From Felis catus (Eukaryota), in assembly GCF_018350175.1 (NCBI RefSeq), contig NC_058368.1, positions 34,660,001 to 34,724,000 of the forward strand: a DNA stretch of 64,000 nt, read 5' to 3'. The position numbers and the translations under genes were made by a program. Shown here one piece after another: positions 26,440 to 40,043 of the stretch; the first letter of the stretch is position 1; each line of letters opens with the position of its first letter. The notes under the pieces are model-generated. The model saw only the letters and a list, made by a program, of their open reading frames with translations, made no database searches and had not been told where the DNA came from.

Positions 26440-27545
26440 TTCATTTGGATATATTTAGAAGAGAAATAATTTTATGTTTTGATAACTCTTAAAATAACTT
26501 TGCTATTAAATATGTATTGACCAAAGGAACCAAGAGTACACGGAGAAATGGCTGATTCTAGGGCTGGGATTGGAGACGATAGAATGATTCTAGAGCAATT
26601 ATCACATTGAAATGTAAAGAAATGTTCAGAAAAAAAAAAAAGAATCAGGACATATCAAAGGGACAGAGGAGCCAATAAGAGGGAATTTTAGTGGCCAAAG
26701 CTGAGACAATTTGATCAACAAAATCAATAATATAGTATTCATTTATAAATCAAGGTATAAAATAAATGTCTTCAAATTCATTGATATAAATAAATAATAA
26801 ATAAACAAATACATAAATAACTAAGGAACAACAGACAAGTTTTTCTAACAGAACAATTCCAAATAATATATGTGGACATTCCTTCCTCAAGGAAATGTAG
26901 CTTAGACATCCCCCCATCCCCTTGCTTAAGTATTGGTAAGACTTAGTCACTCCCAAATAATAGAGTAGGGAAGGGGAAAATAGTGCCTTTGCCATGAAGA
27001 AATCTGGCAGACACTACCTTAACCAAGTGATCAAAGTTATATCATCAGTGATGTCATGTGGATGCCATGATATGGTGTGATGGGATGAGAAGGGCACTTC
27101 ATCTCTGATGTATGATTTCTAAACTCTGAAAACCCCAGCTGAATCACAAAACAAACATCAGACAAACCAAATGTGAGGAATATTCTACAAAATACTTGTC
27201 GAGTATTGTTCAAAAGTGTCAAGGTTATTAAAAAGAAAAAGAAAGGCTGAAAGCTCACACAGATCAGGGGAGCTAAAGAGTCATGATGGCAATATGGTGT
27301 CCTGTGTTGGATCCTGGAAGTGAAAGAGGACATTAATGGGAAAACTGGTAAAATTTGAATAAATTTTGGAGGTTAGCTAACAGTAATATACCAATATTGG
27401 TTTCTTAGTTTTGACAAATGAAACTCGGTAATGGAAGATGATAATGTTAGAGAAAATTGAATCTGGGTGAATAGTGTACAGAAAATCTCTCTAAAGTCTT
27501 TGCAACTTTCCTGTAAATCTAATAGTTTTCCAAAATGAGGGCTTC
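26440..27545 (+). mobile_element. L1MC/L1MD-type 3'UTR
   Basis: ggagaaatggctgattctagggctggg; ggcagacactaccttaaccaagtgatcaaagtt; ends tctttgcaactttcctgtaaatcta. Confidence 0.85.
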
Positions 27546-29049
27546 TTTAAAATAAATACTTGTGGCCCCTCTGTTGAAATGAACACCAATTACAAATGCT
27601 GACTAATGAAATTTTTCTTTCTATTTACTATTTATACTGATGAGAAATCCAGCATACTTTCTTGTTTTCCTCCAGAGTTTCTCTCTGCTCCACCCTTAGT
27701 TTTCTTATAGTTAGATGTTACCCCAATATTATAGTCTAGGACATAGAGTTAGTATATATCTTTAACCTACCTTTATTTATTCAATGCTTAAATCATTGTG
27801 CTTAACGTTTAAAATGTGTGATGGTGAATATAGCATATGCTGTCCACAGCTTTATTAGTTTTATTTACTTAATCAGATATCAAGATGCTATGAATGATTT
27901 AGCATAGAATTTAGATGTATATTATAATGTTATTAATTGGTAATGTGAACAAAATCAACATATGGCTAAAGAAATATTAACCATCAGCTAGCTGCACCTT
28001 AAATTAATATACAAGATGGGAAGAGAAGGCTAGGGAGTAACAAACAAATAAAAAAAAAATCAGTTCCTAAGCTTGTTCCCCATGCACACAGTGCTATATA
28101 TAGTTTTCCCTCAGGTACTGAGGAAGCTATGCTGTGTATTTGGATCAGCAACACAAGGTGTGTGGTATAGCAAATGACCTTTTTTTCCAGTTTCTCTATG
28201 TATGAAAATTACTCTAAAGAAATGCTTGAAATGATGGGATTCTGAGCTTGTTTTGAGCCAAACCCTTTTGGTCTAGTTTCATTATATTCCAGGATTCATG
28301 GCATTGTTGTGAACATACAATTACAACTCCATATAAATAGATGCTGTAGACACACGAACTGCAGAATTGAATTCAATACCCAATTGCTAGACTCTCGCTC
28401 CGAAAAAAGAAGGACCTAAGAATGGGCACCAAGTTTCTATGTAAAGGAAGAATTTCGTGTTTCTTTTCCCCAAATCATAGTAAAAATTCTTTTCCTATAC
28501 TTCCACTGATTTTTTTTTAGAGGAAAACAAAAACCAAAGATCAGCATATATATTTTCTTTGTTGTCATATGCGTTCAAGCTTTTCTCATTTGCCAGATGA
28601 GTTCCTGACTAAAGGTTAGGAAACCAAGGAAGAACAGAGTACAAACCATTTCTTTTTTGAACCTATCCATACTCAGGGTATCATTAAAGCTTCCCATGTA
28701 TATGAATAAAAATATTTTTATTATATATTATAGGGAATATTATATATATTTTATACATACCAACATATACACATGTATAATCAAAGAGGGACTAGAAGAT
28801 ACTTGAAAAAAATTACAATAAATTCTGCTTCTTATCTATCCAAAATATTTTCTAGTCAGCGCTCTCTACGGTCCTCTGTGGATTGCAATGAAATAAAATT
28901 CTGTTAAACTGCTATGACATTATTCCCCCTCCCCACCCCGTTCCTTCTGTTCTGATCATTTCATCTACCTACTTGCCTCATCTGAAGGGAATAAAAAGGA
29001 TACCAAAGAAATCTGAAAGAGTCCTGAAGTAGAACTCCTCCACATGAGT

Positions 29050-29375
29050 TGTCATCTGTGCCACCTCCCCTTGCCAGAATAATCCTTCTCATCTCTCCAC
29101 CTTTCATGCATGCTATTATGCTTCAAGGCAGAACTATCATTTCCGTCTGAAGTTCATACTTGTCAAAAACAATTACATACTTCTGTCTGTTCTCATTGTG
29201 TATCTACACAGCTCTATTTTAGTGCATACTATATACTTGTAAACACATGCCTATATGCTTCTCTCTCCCACTGGAAAGTGAGTAGATTGACTTCATGACT
29301 CCATGTTATTAACCTCATTTTCCCACTGGAGCTTATAAAGTGCTCTATGTGATTATTAAGGGCTTTTGAGTAAAT
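29050..29375 (+). mobile_element. L2 3' fragment
   Basis: tctctctcccactggaaagtgagt...agtgctctatgtgattattaagg. Confidence 0.4.
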
Positions 29376-30310
29376 GACACTTACAATAGAAAATGCATGC
29401 ATTCTTTCTTACTGGTCTCCACATGTAGAGAAAAATTGGTCATATATGGCAATTATGGATGTCAGGTATTTTTTTCTACTTTCTATCGGAAGTACTCGGA
29501 AAGGATGTTTGCCTTCCAGAAAGTTTTCAGTTCAAGTGCCAATATCCTGCCATTTGGCTGAATATGGCATCTATACAAAGAAAATATTTACCTGTTGTGG
29601 AGTGAAAGTATGAAATAGTAAATGTATTTTTACTTGCATCATTTTCCCCCCAGCAACAACATATAAATGCACTTTTGTCATTTCCAAATATAGACATTTA
29701 GTACATAGTTTTTATTCAGGGTAACCCCACCTCTCCCCTCCACAGCATTTAGAATTTAAATTGGGTACCTCGCAATTGAAAACTGTAGCTGCTTAAGACA
29801 GGTGAAAAAAGAATAGTCACATTCATGCCTCTGAGTGCACCAGAAGGTGAAAAGTTTATTGTTCCACCACATGCGGCAGACTTTATTATTTCTAGAGTGA
29901 AATCTACAAACATAATGAAAGTGAATTGAATATCTAAAGGCGGATATGTACCTTGAGGGCACTTCACAAATTCACACACGGAGAGAACAAAGAGAAAGCA
30001 TATAGAGAAAAGGCAGAAAAATATATATAACCTAAATTGGAAACTACTGAGAAGAATAAGAAATAATAAGATCAAGAATTGATAGAATAATGAACTGGGA
30101 ATTCCTTCTCTACTCTGTACCCAGAGTAAAGGATTTGTTATGCATATTTCCCGGCTGAACAAAGTGGCTTGAGTTTTCTTATACCACCAGAAGCATTATA
30201 CAGTTATCACTTTTATAAGTAATACACATGTAGAAAATATATCTCAATCAATGTTGAAATAATCCGTATCAATTGTAGAAGTGCAATTTGACACTGAGCT
30301 TCATTTTCTT

Positions 30311-30538
30311 TTTTTTTTTTTAATTTTTTTTCAACGTTTATTTATTTTTGGGACAGAGAGAGACAGAGCATGAACGGGGGAGGGGCAGAGAGAGAGGGAG
30401 ACACAGAATCGGAAACAGGCTCCAGGCTCTGAGCCATCATCTTGCCCAGAGCCCGACGCGGGGCTCGAACTCACGGACCGCGAGATCGTGACCTGGCTGA
30501 AGTCGGACGCTTAACCGACTGCGCCACCCAGGCGCCCC
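30311..30538 (-). mobile_element. Young SINEC_Fc-type SINE
   Basis: CpG-intact; perfect 17-bp TSD ctgagcttcattttctt (30294-30310, 30539-30555). Confidence 0.97.
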
Positions 30539-33500
30539 CTGAGCTTCATTTTCTTAACCATTTCATATTTTTACCTGAAAGAAGCAGATAGTTTTGAATC
30601 TTCTACTTTTATTTTCTATGTTGAAATTACTTTAATCCATGTAGAAATCCTCTACTCTCTTTAAATACAGGAGAACTTTTTGATGAAGTAGAAAATAAGT
30701 AACATAGTTAAAATCTATGTTTGTGCAGCGAGTGTGATCAACCCATTTTAGAAGAGCATACATAGGTGGAAAAGAAAAGATGTTTGACTAGCTACTAACA
30801 AATGGTCAGTTAGCTCAATTTTGAACACACGTTATTAGTTAATACTTGTGCGAAGGTTTATCTACCAGGTCAGCTTATAAATCAATTTGAGTCTAGATAT
30901 TTTCTAGGTATTTCTATATTATTTTTAATTTCCAAACTCATTTATCACCTATAAAATTTTTGAATCTCTTATGGTTCCCACTGACTTTATATTAAGATCC
31001 AACAGATGGAAGCACAGCAGTGGCGTGTATAACGAGACAATAGGACAATGTCATGATCGAGTTCTATTTTCAGAGAGAAAACGGTCTATTGATGTGATGT
31101 TCTCAAAAGCCTGAAGAAAATGTGTCATGATTCTTCTACTGACATTTGAAATATTGGTATTATATTAACTAGGATACATTTTCCAAGAAAGTCCATCATA
31201 TTACCTATTATTGTTCATATGAGATCTTTAAAGAGAGTATTCCCAAAATATCAATGAACTGTCATTCACTACACTACAATTTCTATGCACATGACGGTGG
31301 CCAAAAACTAATTCAGAAAGGCAGAGTTGGTGAATAACCAAAGATAAATATCTTTTTAACTTGGTGGGAGAATTATGCATGAAGATGATTATGTGCAAAA
31401 TATAAGAAGAAATGGGCAATTAAGAATATAATAGGAAAAGAGATAGTGTAAATTTCCAATGGTGGGGAAGTGAACAATAGTGATATAATAGAATTATGGT
31501 GCCAACCATTAAAAACATTCCATCTTCTTTCCAGAAAGTTGAAAGTCAATAGTGACAGATTTAACTAAATATCATCAGAAAACAGTGGGAAAATTATGTA
31601 AAATGTCTTCTTAATTAAACCCAAGTGCATAAAGTTGGCTTTATGCAAATTTGTAAACTAGAGTCCTTTTTACAACTTTCTGCAATTCTACACTTATTCC
31701 AATATTTTTATCATCATATAGTACCTATAGTAAATACTAAAATCTCTGAAAAGCCAGTCCCATTATATGATTAGTCAAAAATAGGTTACCACATTACTTA
31801 GGTTGCATTTTATCAAAAGAATCTATCTGAAGAGGGTAGCATCAATTCCAAAGTAAAAACTCTCTAATGATAGACTGGCAGGTATTATGGCAAATGAATA
31901 AGAAAGCTATTTTAAGAAATTACTTTTTTGAGAAATTTCAAGCTTTAAAATTTTATTTCACTTAAACATTCTTTGAATTCTCAGATACTCTGTTAGGTAG
32001 CAAGCACAGAGACAAAAACGAGAAAGAGTCTTTTCCACTGATTTGAAACACAAACACACACACGGACACACACACACACACAATTCATGAATAGATCAAC
32101 AAATAATCCTCACCTCAAGATCTATGGTTTAATCATGAATGACTATGAGAATTACCTGTAATGCATAACCTTACAAAAACACTGCATATGTGTAATTCAA
32201 GATTTTGATTGGTAGCCTGATTTTCTATATAATCATTTCATTCTTTTTACCTTTTCTGTTAGATTTTTACTATTTCATGATTAATATATGGTCTCTAATT
32301 TCATGCCAAGATTCCACTTTGTATGAGAGTTGATTTAAGATCTTGTTTTCTTGTACACTGATGGAACAAGAGAATTTGGTAGTTCAGTTATATTCAGAAT
32401 ACAAGCTATAAAACAACCAACATTGATTTAGGCTTTCCTTTTTGGAATCATGCAATCTTAACTATCTCACTGAGTTTTTATTGAGCTTTCTTGAGCAGCT
32501 TATTAACTACTTAAGAAAAGTGATTTTTTAAAGTCACTGTTCTCTTTAAAGGTAAAGCTTTAGGGTAAGGATAGGTTTGTGTATTTTAATAGTCAACTAA
32601 AGAAACGGATTTTATTTAAGAAAACTATTATTACACACATATCTCATTCTTTTTTAAAAAATGTGTGTGTGTGCATGGATAGAAGAAAATATGTGTACAT
32701 TTTAGCACATTGGAGAACTGAAGTGTGTGTATACATACACCTATATTACATGTTACATATTATATGTATATATATATACGTATGTATATACACTCATATA
32801 ATTTTCCAAGCTAAAGACAACCACTAATAACATGTTGATGAATGACTATAATTACAGACAAACATACATGCACACATATTCATTCAACACACATAATATC
32901 GACAGATAGATAACGGCATATATATTTTGGTCACAAAAATACTATGATTCATTATGGTCTATGTACTGGGTTCTATACAGAAATGAAAACACACTTAAAA
33001 CATTATTAAAATAGTTGATGTTTTTCTTCTGGATGATTTTCAGTTGTACATGTTTCATTGACTTGAATTCTTATTTTGAAAAGTCCAGTCACCAGGGAGG
33101 GACTGAGTCCCTATTTCCTAAGAGGAAATTGCTATCATTATTGACCTGTTCATGGAGAAAGAGCAGCCAGAGAAAAAGAAACACAATGTGTTACATGGCA
33201 AGCTTTTACTTTGCCTTTAAGAACTTTTTTCTAGAGATCAATGTTTATACCTTGTAGAATTATGACTTGCATGTTGCCTTTTCAATATGGGTCAGACAAT
33301 CAATGTAACTCTGCTATTCCTTCCATCACCCTTCAGTTGTCTAGTGTTGCCATGATCATGCACTCTTTAATTTTCAAATTGAATTTGGATTTGTTCCAGA
33401 GACTCCTTAAAGAAATTGATTTTCGACTGTAAGTGGCTTACATTGGCATGATGTTTGGAACTAATGCTGTGGCAACCACAGATAGTTGGAGTAAAAACCT

Positions 33501-34882
33501 CATGTCATCTTTGCCAGATGATAACTTTCAAGGTAGAAATGTCTTTATTTACCCTACAATGAGTAAAAGATAATCTTTCTATCTTTATCTTAATTTTCAG
33601 CTGATTTTAACAAATTAAGAATTATTGATCATGAACTTTGGTTATGAAGGCAATCTTTAATTTTCTCCCAATTTCATAATTGATATTCTTATATATTACT
33701 TTGATTCTTTTTCTATGTATTTGGAGTTTGGCAATATATTTACCAACAATAAGCATTTAGGATCTGAAGAAACTTTGAAATTATAATCAATTACTGTTAT
33801 AAAAATAAATCATCAACTACACAGCATGATAGATTCTTTTTGTATAAATAAATATTTTAGCCAATATATAATTTTTCTTTTGAGGATGTCTAATAATAAA
33901 ACAACAAATATATTTTTTTATTCCTGAACGGTAAATATAAATAACATTTCAGAATGTTATGGTATCTTGGGTAATCAAAGAGTCATTAATTATTCTTGAG
34001 CAATTTCTAAATAGGTTGAAAGCTATAGATATTGTTTTGAATATTACCTAATTCTATGATACTCTGAAAATGCATTTTTTCTTTTCAAAATACACTTTTC
34101 TCACTACTAAAAATTACATAATCAAAATATCCTAATTCATCAATATGTGCCACAAAAATATATTTAAATTGAGTGTATTTAAAGCACGTTCACACACATT
34201 TTTGTTAAAAATGTTATGACACACGTAAACCTTCGGGGAAACATATCCACAATGTGAAGGAAACAACAATGTTCACAGTCTTGAATGTTTTCAATTCTAT
34301 AAACTACCCTAGTAAAATTTTGAAAGACAAAAATTAGTAAAATCTTATGTGATATAGGCATTTATAAAAGTGAGATGAAAAAGTAAAAAAAAAGAAAGAA
34401 AGAAAAAAAGAAAGCAACCTGTCTAAAAGAGAGGGACTAATTTAAGGAAATCTGGATACAAACCTAAAACATGAGACAGGCCATGAGAACTATAGTTTTA
34501 AAAGTAAAAAGAGGTGTATAATACTTTGATTTAGAAATCAAAATATACATAAAATGCATGTGTATTTATAGGAATATATTATCTATTATATATTATTATG
34601 TTCACAGCTATGTAAACACTAGGAGAAATTTCTAAAGACACAACGGAAAAAAATATCAGTATGATATAATCATTGGGTTACATTGGATTATAATTATAGG
34701 TTTATTAACTATATTTTTTACTTTCTACTTTGGTAAATTTTTATTTTTTATTTTTCAATTTCTAATTTTTTATTTTCTAATTTGGTAAATTTACTGCAAT
34801 TGTTGGATTGCATTGCCTTTATATATAATATAAACTTTATATATGTATATATATGATATATAATAAAAGTCAACCTAGCTTT

Positions 34883-35120
34883 TTTTTTTTTCAACGTTTA
34901 TTTATTTTTTTTTTTTCAACGTTTATTTATTTTTGGGCAGAGAGAGACAGAGCATGAACGGGGGAGGGGCAGAGAGAGAGAGGGAGACACAGAATCGGAA
35001 ACAGGCTCCAGGCTCCGAGCCATCAGCCCAGAGCCTGACGCAGGGCTCGAATTCACGGACCGCGAGATCGTGACCTGGCTGAAGTCGAACGCTTAACCGA
35101 CTGCGCCACCCAGGCGCCCC
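34883..35120 (-). mobile_element. Young SINEC_Fc-type SINE with duplicated tail
   Basis: CpG-intact; perfect 12-bp TSD caacctagcttt (34871-34882, 35121-35132). Confidence 0.97.
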
Positions 35121-35799
35121 CAACCTAGCTTTAAACTGAAATAAAATATACTAAATATATTACAGCAAGGCGCCAATGCATTGCTTTCTCTTTTCAATTC
35201 ATATATTTTTTTTCTATTCATTGGTTGCCATTAACACTTGCAAATTAGGCAAAGTAATAATTTCACCATGCTTAAACCATTTATTGATATTTAATTCTAC
35301 ATATATATGTGTGATATAAGTGAGAGTGAAGGTATGGTTAAGAGAAGAAAAGGGAGAAGCTATCAAACACTGTAAGTCTTTCAGACCACTGAACCCAAAT
35401 GTACCTACACAATTACCCAATTACTTGGAAGTGACTGGGCCATTGTGGACAATAGACACAAATGTATTTCAATCCTATTCTTTTCATCACATCGTTCTCT
35501 TTTTTAGATGTTACAACTTACACTTTAAAAGCCCTCAATGTTCAAATTCTTATCCTTTGATCTTTTTTTCCCAACTAATAAGGAATATATTTTCTTTAAC
35601 CTTTATGCACTAAAATATTAAAAATATATATAATCATCTAGATATGGGTTGGAAGAGAGGAAGAATCTAAGATGACTGACAAATGTCTGGTGGGAGATGG
35701 GGATTGTGTGGGCGGTGGAATCATTCACAAAGAGAGGGATTTTAGGAGTTATTAAGGGATTCGGAGTCAGTATTATCTCTTATTGATGCCTTTAAAAAA

Positions 35800-36040
35800 T
35801 ATATGAATTCTGGGGAGAAGCTAGGATTTTGGGGTTCCCTCTCACTATTGTACTGCACTCTGTTCAAGGGTGAGGTTTATGGTGAGAGTGTGTTTCAGCT
35901 TTTTCTATTGGTTTCAGTGTGGATACATCTTCAGTTCATCCCATATGTAGGAGCCATTCAACTAGTTTTTGCATCTCGCTCAGATAGCATTGCTCTGTGT
36001 GTTGTTCAGTGTGTAGCTGTATGTGTGCAGTGTATAGCAG
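35800..36040 (-). mobile_element. L1M 5'-end-like fragment
   Basis: Resembles recalled antisense L1M1/M2 5' sequence (ttgctctgtgtg...gtagctgta...). Confidence 0.45.
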
Positions 36041-36492
36041 AGAAACTAAAAAGACATTTTTTTCCCAGAGAAGATACACAAATGGTCAACAGGTACATAC
36101 AAAGGTGCTCCATATCACTAAACATCAGGGAAATACAAATCACAGCCACAATACAATATCACCTCACACCTCTTAGAATAGTTATTATCAAAAAGAGAAG
36201 AGATAACAAATGCTGGTGAGCACGTAAAGAAAAAGTAACCCTCATACACTATTATTTGGAATGTAAACTGAGGCAGCCACTATGGAAAACAGTGTGCAGC
36301 TTCCTTAAAAAAAAAAAAAAAAAAGAACTACTATATGATCCAGCAAGCCCACTTGAGTATATATCCAGAAAGAATGAAATCGGAATCTCAGATATCTGCA
36401 CATCCATATTCACTGCAGCATTATTCACGTTAGCCAAGGTATAGAAACAACCTAGGTTTACACTGATGGAAGAATGGATAAAGAAAATGTGG

Positions 36493-36537
<45 letters not shown>

Positions 36538-37055
36538 TCATTCAGCCTTAAAAAAGAAATAAATTCTGCCATTTGAGAAAACATGGATGAGACAGGAGGG
36601 CATTATTCTAAGTGTAATGAGCCAATATAGAAACAAGATATTGCATGGGATCATTTACAAGTGGCATCTTAAAATCAAAAATAGTCAAACCAATAGAATG
36701 GTTTTAGCAAGGATTGGGAGGTGGAGAAAATAGAGGGGGTTTGGTAAAAGTGTACAAACATTCAAACATAAGATGAACAAAGTCCAAAGATCTTAATGTG
36801 TAACATCGTGACTATAGTTGATAATACTGTATTTTATTATTAAAATTTCTCAAGATAGTGGAACTTAAGTGTCTCATGCACATACACACACACACACAGA
36901 AGGTAAATATATGAGGCAATGGGTGTATTAACTCTGTGGTAGGAATCTTTTTTGCAGTGTAGATGTGTATCAAATCACCTTGATGTACACTTTTAATCTA
37001 TGACAATTTTATTTGTCAATTTTATCCCAATAGAGCTGAAAAACAACAAAACAAT
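36041..37055 (+). mobile_element. L1 (L1MA9/L1_Carn-like) ORF2 end plus 3'UTR; contains a (CA)n at about 36499-36534
   Basis: gaagatacacaaatggtcaacagg; atatcacctcacacc; ataagatgaacaaagtcc...gtgactatagttgataatactgtatt; 3' end caattttatttgtcaatt...gctgaaaaa; reading frame broken. Confidence 0.9.
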
Positions 37056-38719
37056 TTCTATTGTACAGCAGGCACAAGTCAATTTCTAACATTAATTTCA
37101 TTTTTTTTCAGAATTTAGTGCACACAGGTATGACCACTAAAGATTTCTTGGAACGAATGGAAGAATTCAAAACTGGCAAATGTTTGTGAAAAGCAGGCAC
37201 TACTTTTGGATATCATAAAAAATGAACAATTCAATCAAATTGCTTGTGTAGAGTATTTTCACAAACTTTCTAAGTCCTGTATTTTTCTTTTTAATTGTGG
37301 CTGGGTGGAACAGCTCCTTTTTGGGGGTAAAGGAGAAGGAGAGCACCCTATAGCTTTTAAAACTTCTTCTCTGATATTGGCATTTAGCAGTAGTACTAAC
37401 AGCTTCATCCTTTGGAAAAATTCAAGAAAATCATGTCCTTGACAGGGTAGAGCTATTGCTTGCTGGAGTGAGAGAAGCTACCGTATCTTCTGATCTCATC
37501 ATTAGCAATGAAACTGGTAACCCACTTCTGCAAATTGGCAGATTGAGTACGGAGTCTGAGGAGCAAAGTGGTAGCTTTTCCTTTATCTCTGCTCCAGAGT
37601 TAAGAGCAGTTCCAGTTTTTTTTTTTTTTTTCTTTCCAGTATTGCTATGGTACAGCAGTGAAAAATCATAATAGAAAAAAAAAACAGCTAATGATGAAAA
37701 AGCCTCTCTGAAGTTACAACAGAAATGAGCCTATATTATATCTGGGGACTTACCTGGGGACTGTCGGAGTGGCTCTCTCAAAACACAAAATAAAAATATC
37801 TTTAATTTTGGTGGGAGGTCATCATTTACTATTATATTCCAAGTATGATGCTTTTTAAAAAATATCAAAGAATTAATTACTATTTGATCTTAATATTTGA
37901 AATGTCCTAAGAATGCATCAAAAGGTTTCTGTCTTAAAAACATTTCTGTTCCTCCTCCCAGTGTTTGGTTGATCTGTCATAGCTTTGTACAGGAGAAAAA
38001 AGTAAAAGCGTAGGAAAGGTGGTTAAAGACAAAGCACAGACATTCAATCCAGTCAACTTTTCACGTGTCCCTTTTATAATGTCCAAATAAGCGAATTTTT
38101 GCTACAATGTTCACTCACACTCTGGGGGCAACTAAAATTAAAATATACTTATGTCCTCTTTTCAAACTTCAGGACACGTGTGCAAGGACTTGTTGCCAGT
38201 TAAACATCTAAGTATCAGCACATAAATGAGGGAGCGAGCTCCCAACTGATCTACCCTCTTTAGGGTAGATTTCTTACATCCAGACAGACCATCCTTCTGA
38301 GGGCTTTATCATTCTCTTGCCATTACAGACATTAATTTCTAGCAGTCAGACAGCTCTTATTTTATTTATTTATTTTCTCTCAAGTTTACCTTAAGGAGTG
38401 AGGGATAGGAATGTCTTTTTTGTATGTTAGTAATATATGAAACCTAACCAACTGCTTTGATTGGTTTATAGGCCTAAACAGAAGCAAGTCTAGTTGTCTA
38501 ACAGAATATAGTCTGGACTGACATCTTCCCAGGAATAACATTTGCTGCTACTTATTCCTCACGCTGGGACCCCTCTCTGCCTCTGCCCCCTCATATCCAT
38601 CTTCCTGCTCTTTACTCATGGAGCTTCAGTTCCCCGTCTTCTCTCTCAGTGTCTTGAACATGGCAAGTCCATTTTTGTTTCTTTTGCAAAAAGATCATTG
38701 CATTTGCTTTCTCCCTTGC

Positions 38720-39010
38720 TTTTAATGCTTCTCTCAGATATTTGCCTGGCTGCTCCCGCATTTCACGTGAGAGCTTAGAATTTATCTTTCCTGAGCACAC
38801 TGGCTGTGCAGAGCCCCTGTCACATTATTCTCTTACATTTCCTCAGTGGTTCTGGTCACAATCTCACAATATGTACTTATTTGTATTTGTATTCTTGATT
38901 GTTCCTCTTCATTAAAATGAGAAGAGAAATGTGTTCTATTTGTAAATCAGAATATACCCAGTGCTTGGAATAGTTCAGGCATATTAGCACATAATTTTGA
39001 ATTAATTCAT
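38720..39010 (+). mobile_element. L2 3' fragment
   Basis: atacccagtgcttggaatagttcaggcatattag...gaattaattcatt. Confidence 0.55.
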
Positions 39011-39113
39011 TAATTTAAATATAGTAGAGCCAAATTAAAAAATGGAACTTGGAGCTTGGTTCCAACACCAAATAACAGAGTATAATCATTTGCAGCAAAT
39101 TATTTTAAATATA

Positions 39114-39355
39114 CAGGCACCTGGGTGGCTCAGTTAGTTAAGCGTCCGACTCTTGTTTTTGGCTCAGGTCATGATCTCATGGTTTGTGGGATCGAGCCCT
39201 GCATCAGGCACTGTGCTGACAGCGTGGAGCCTGCTTGGGATTCTCTCTCTCCCTCTTTCTCCCTTTCTCTCTCTCTCTCTATCTCTGCCCCTCCTTTGTT
39301 CACGTGCATGTGCTCTCTGTCTCTTTCAAAATAAATAATTTTAAAATTAAAAAAT
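39114..39355 (+). mobile_element. CanSINE (older)
   Basis: ggcacctgggtggctcagttagttaagcgtccgactc head, (CT) tract, A tail. Confidence 0.95.
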
Positions 39356-39812
39356 AATAATTTTAAGTATAAAATCATAAGTGGCTAAAAAGTATCAGTA
39401 CAAGTTATAATTTTACAACAGCAATCTTAAGATCTCTTCAGTAGAATAGCTTATCCAACTCCAGTGTTTAGGGTCTTTATTTGCTAGCTGAATACTCCTG
39501 AAAGCCTTCATCCTAATGTATATCACAGATATGGAGGCACCAAAGTCTTTATACCCCGCTCAGTGAATATGACATTGTATATCTTCTCTTGATCTCTTTA
39601 TCTCAGTTGGAAAAATTAATGAAAATATAGTGTGATTCTGTGTTTTCTTTATGTTTTAGAGATGATTTGCATAACAGTAGGTGCTATGATATTTTAGGAT
39701 CTATAAAGGGTTTTCTTAACGGAAGTAGAAATTTAAGTATATTTTTGAAATATCATGAGTGGTCTATTCTATGCTATTCTATTCTATTGAAATTTTAAGA
39801 GCAAATGTTCAT

Positions 39813-40043
39813 GGAGCACCTGGGTGGCTCAGTCAGTTAAGCATCTGACTCTTGATTTCGGCTCAGGTCATGAGCCAGGTTCACATGGCTGATGAGATCT
39901 AGCTCTGCATCGGGCTCTGTGCTTATAGCATGGAGATGTTCTCTTGGTATCCTCTCTTTCTCTCTCTGCCCTTGCCCCACTTATACTCAGTCTCTCTCTC
40001 CTTCTCTCGTTCTCTCTCAAAATAAATAAATAAGCTTTAAAAA
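39813..40043 (+). mobile_element. CanSINE (older)
   Basis: 17-bp TSD with one mismatch: taagagcaaatgttcat / taagagaaaatgttcat. Confidence 0.95.

Noticed and set aside
29749..30162. 137-aa hydrophobic ORF as a membrane protein
   Set aside because: The F/L/I richness follows from the T-rich strand; no ATG start and no family resemblance.
37616..37760. Plus-strand acceptor (T-tract-ccag) and minus-strand consensus donor (cag|gtaagt)
   Set aside because: They are on opposite strands and neither has a convincing partner site; isolated sites are expected by chance.
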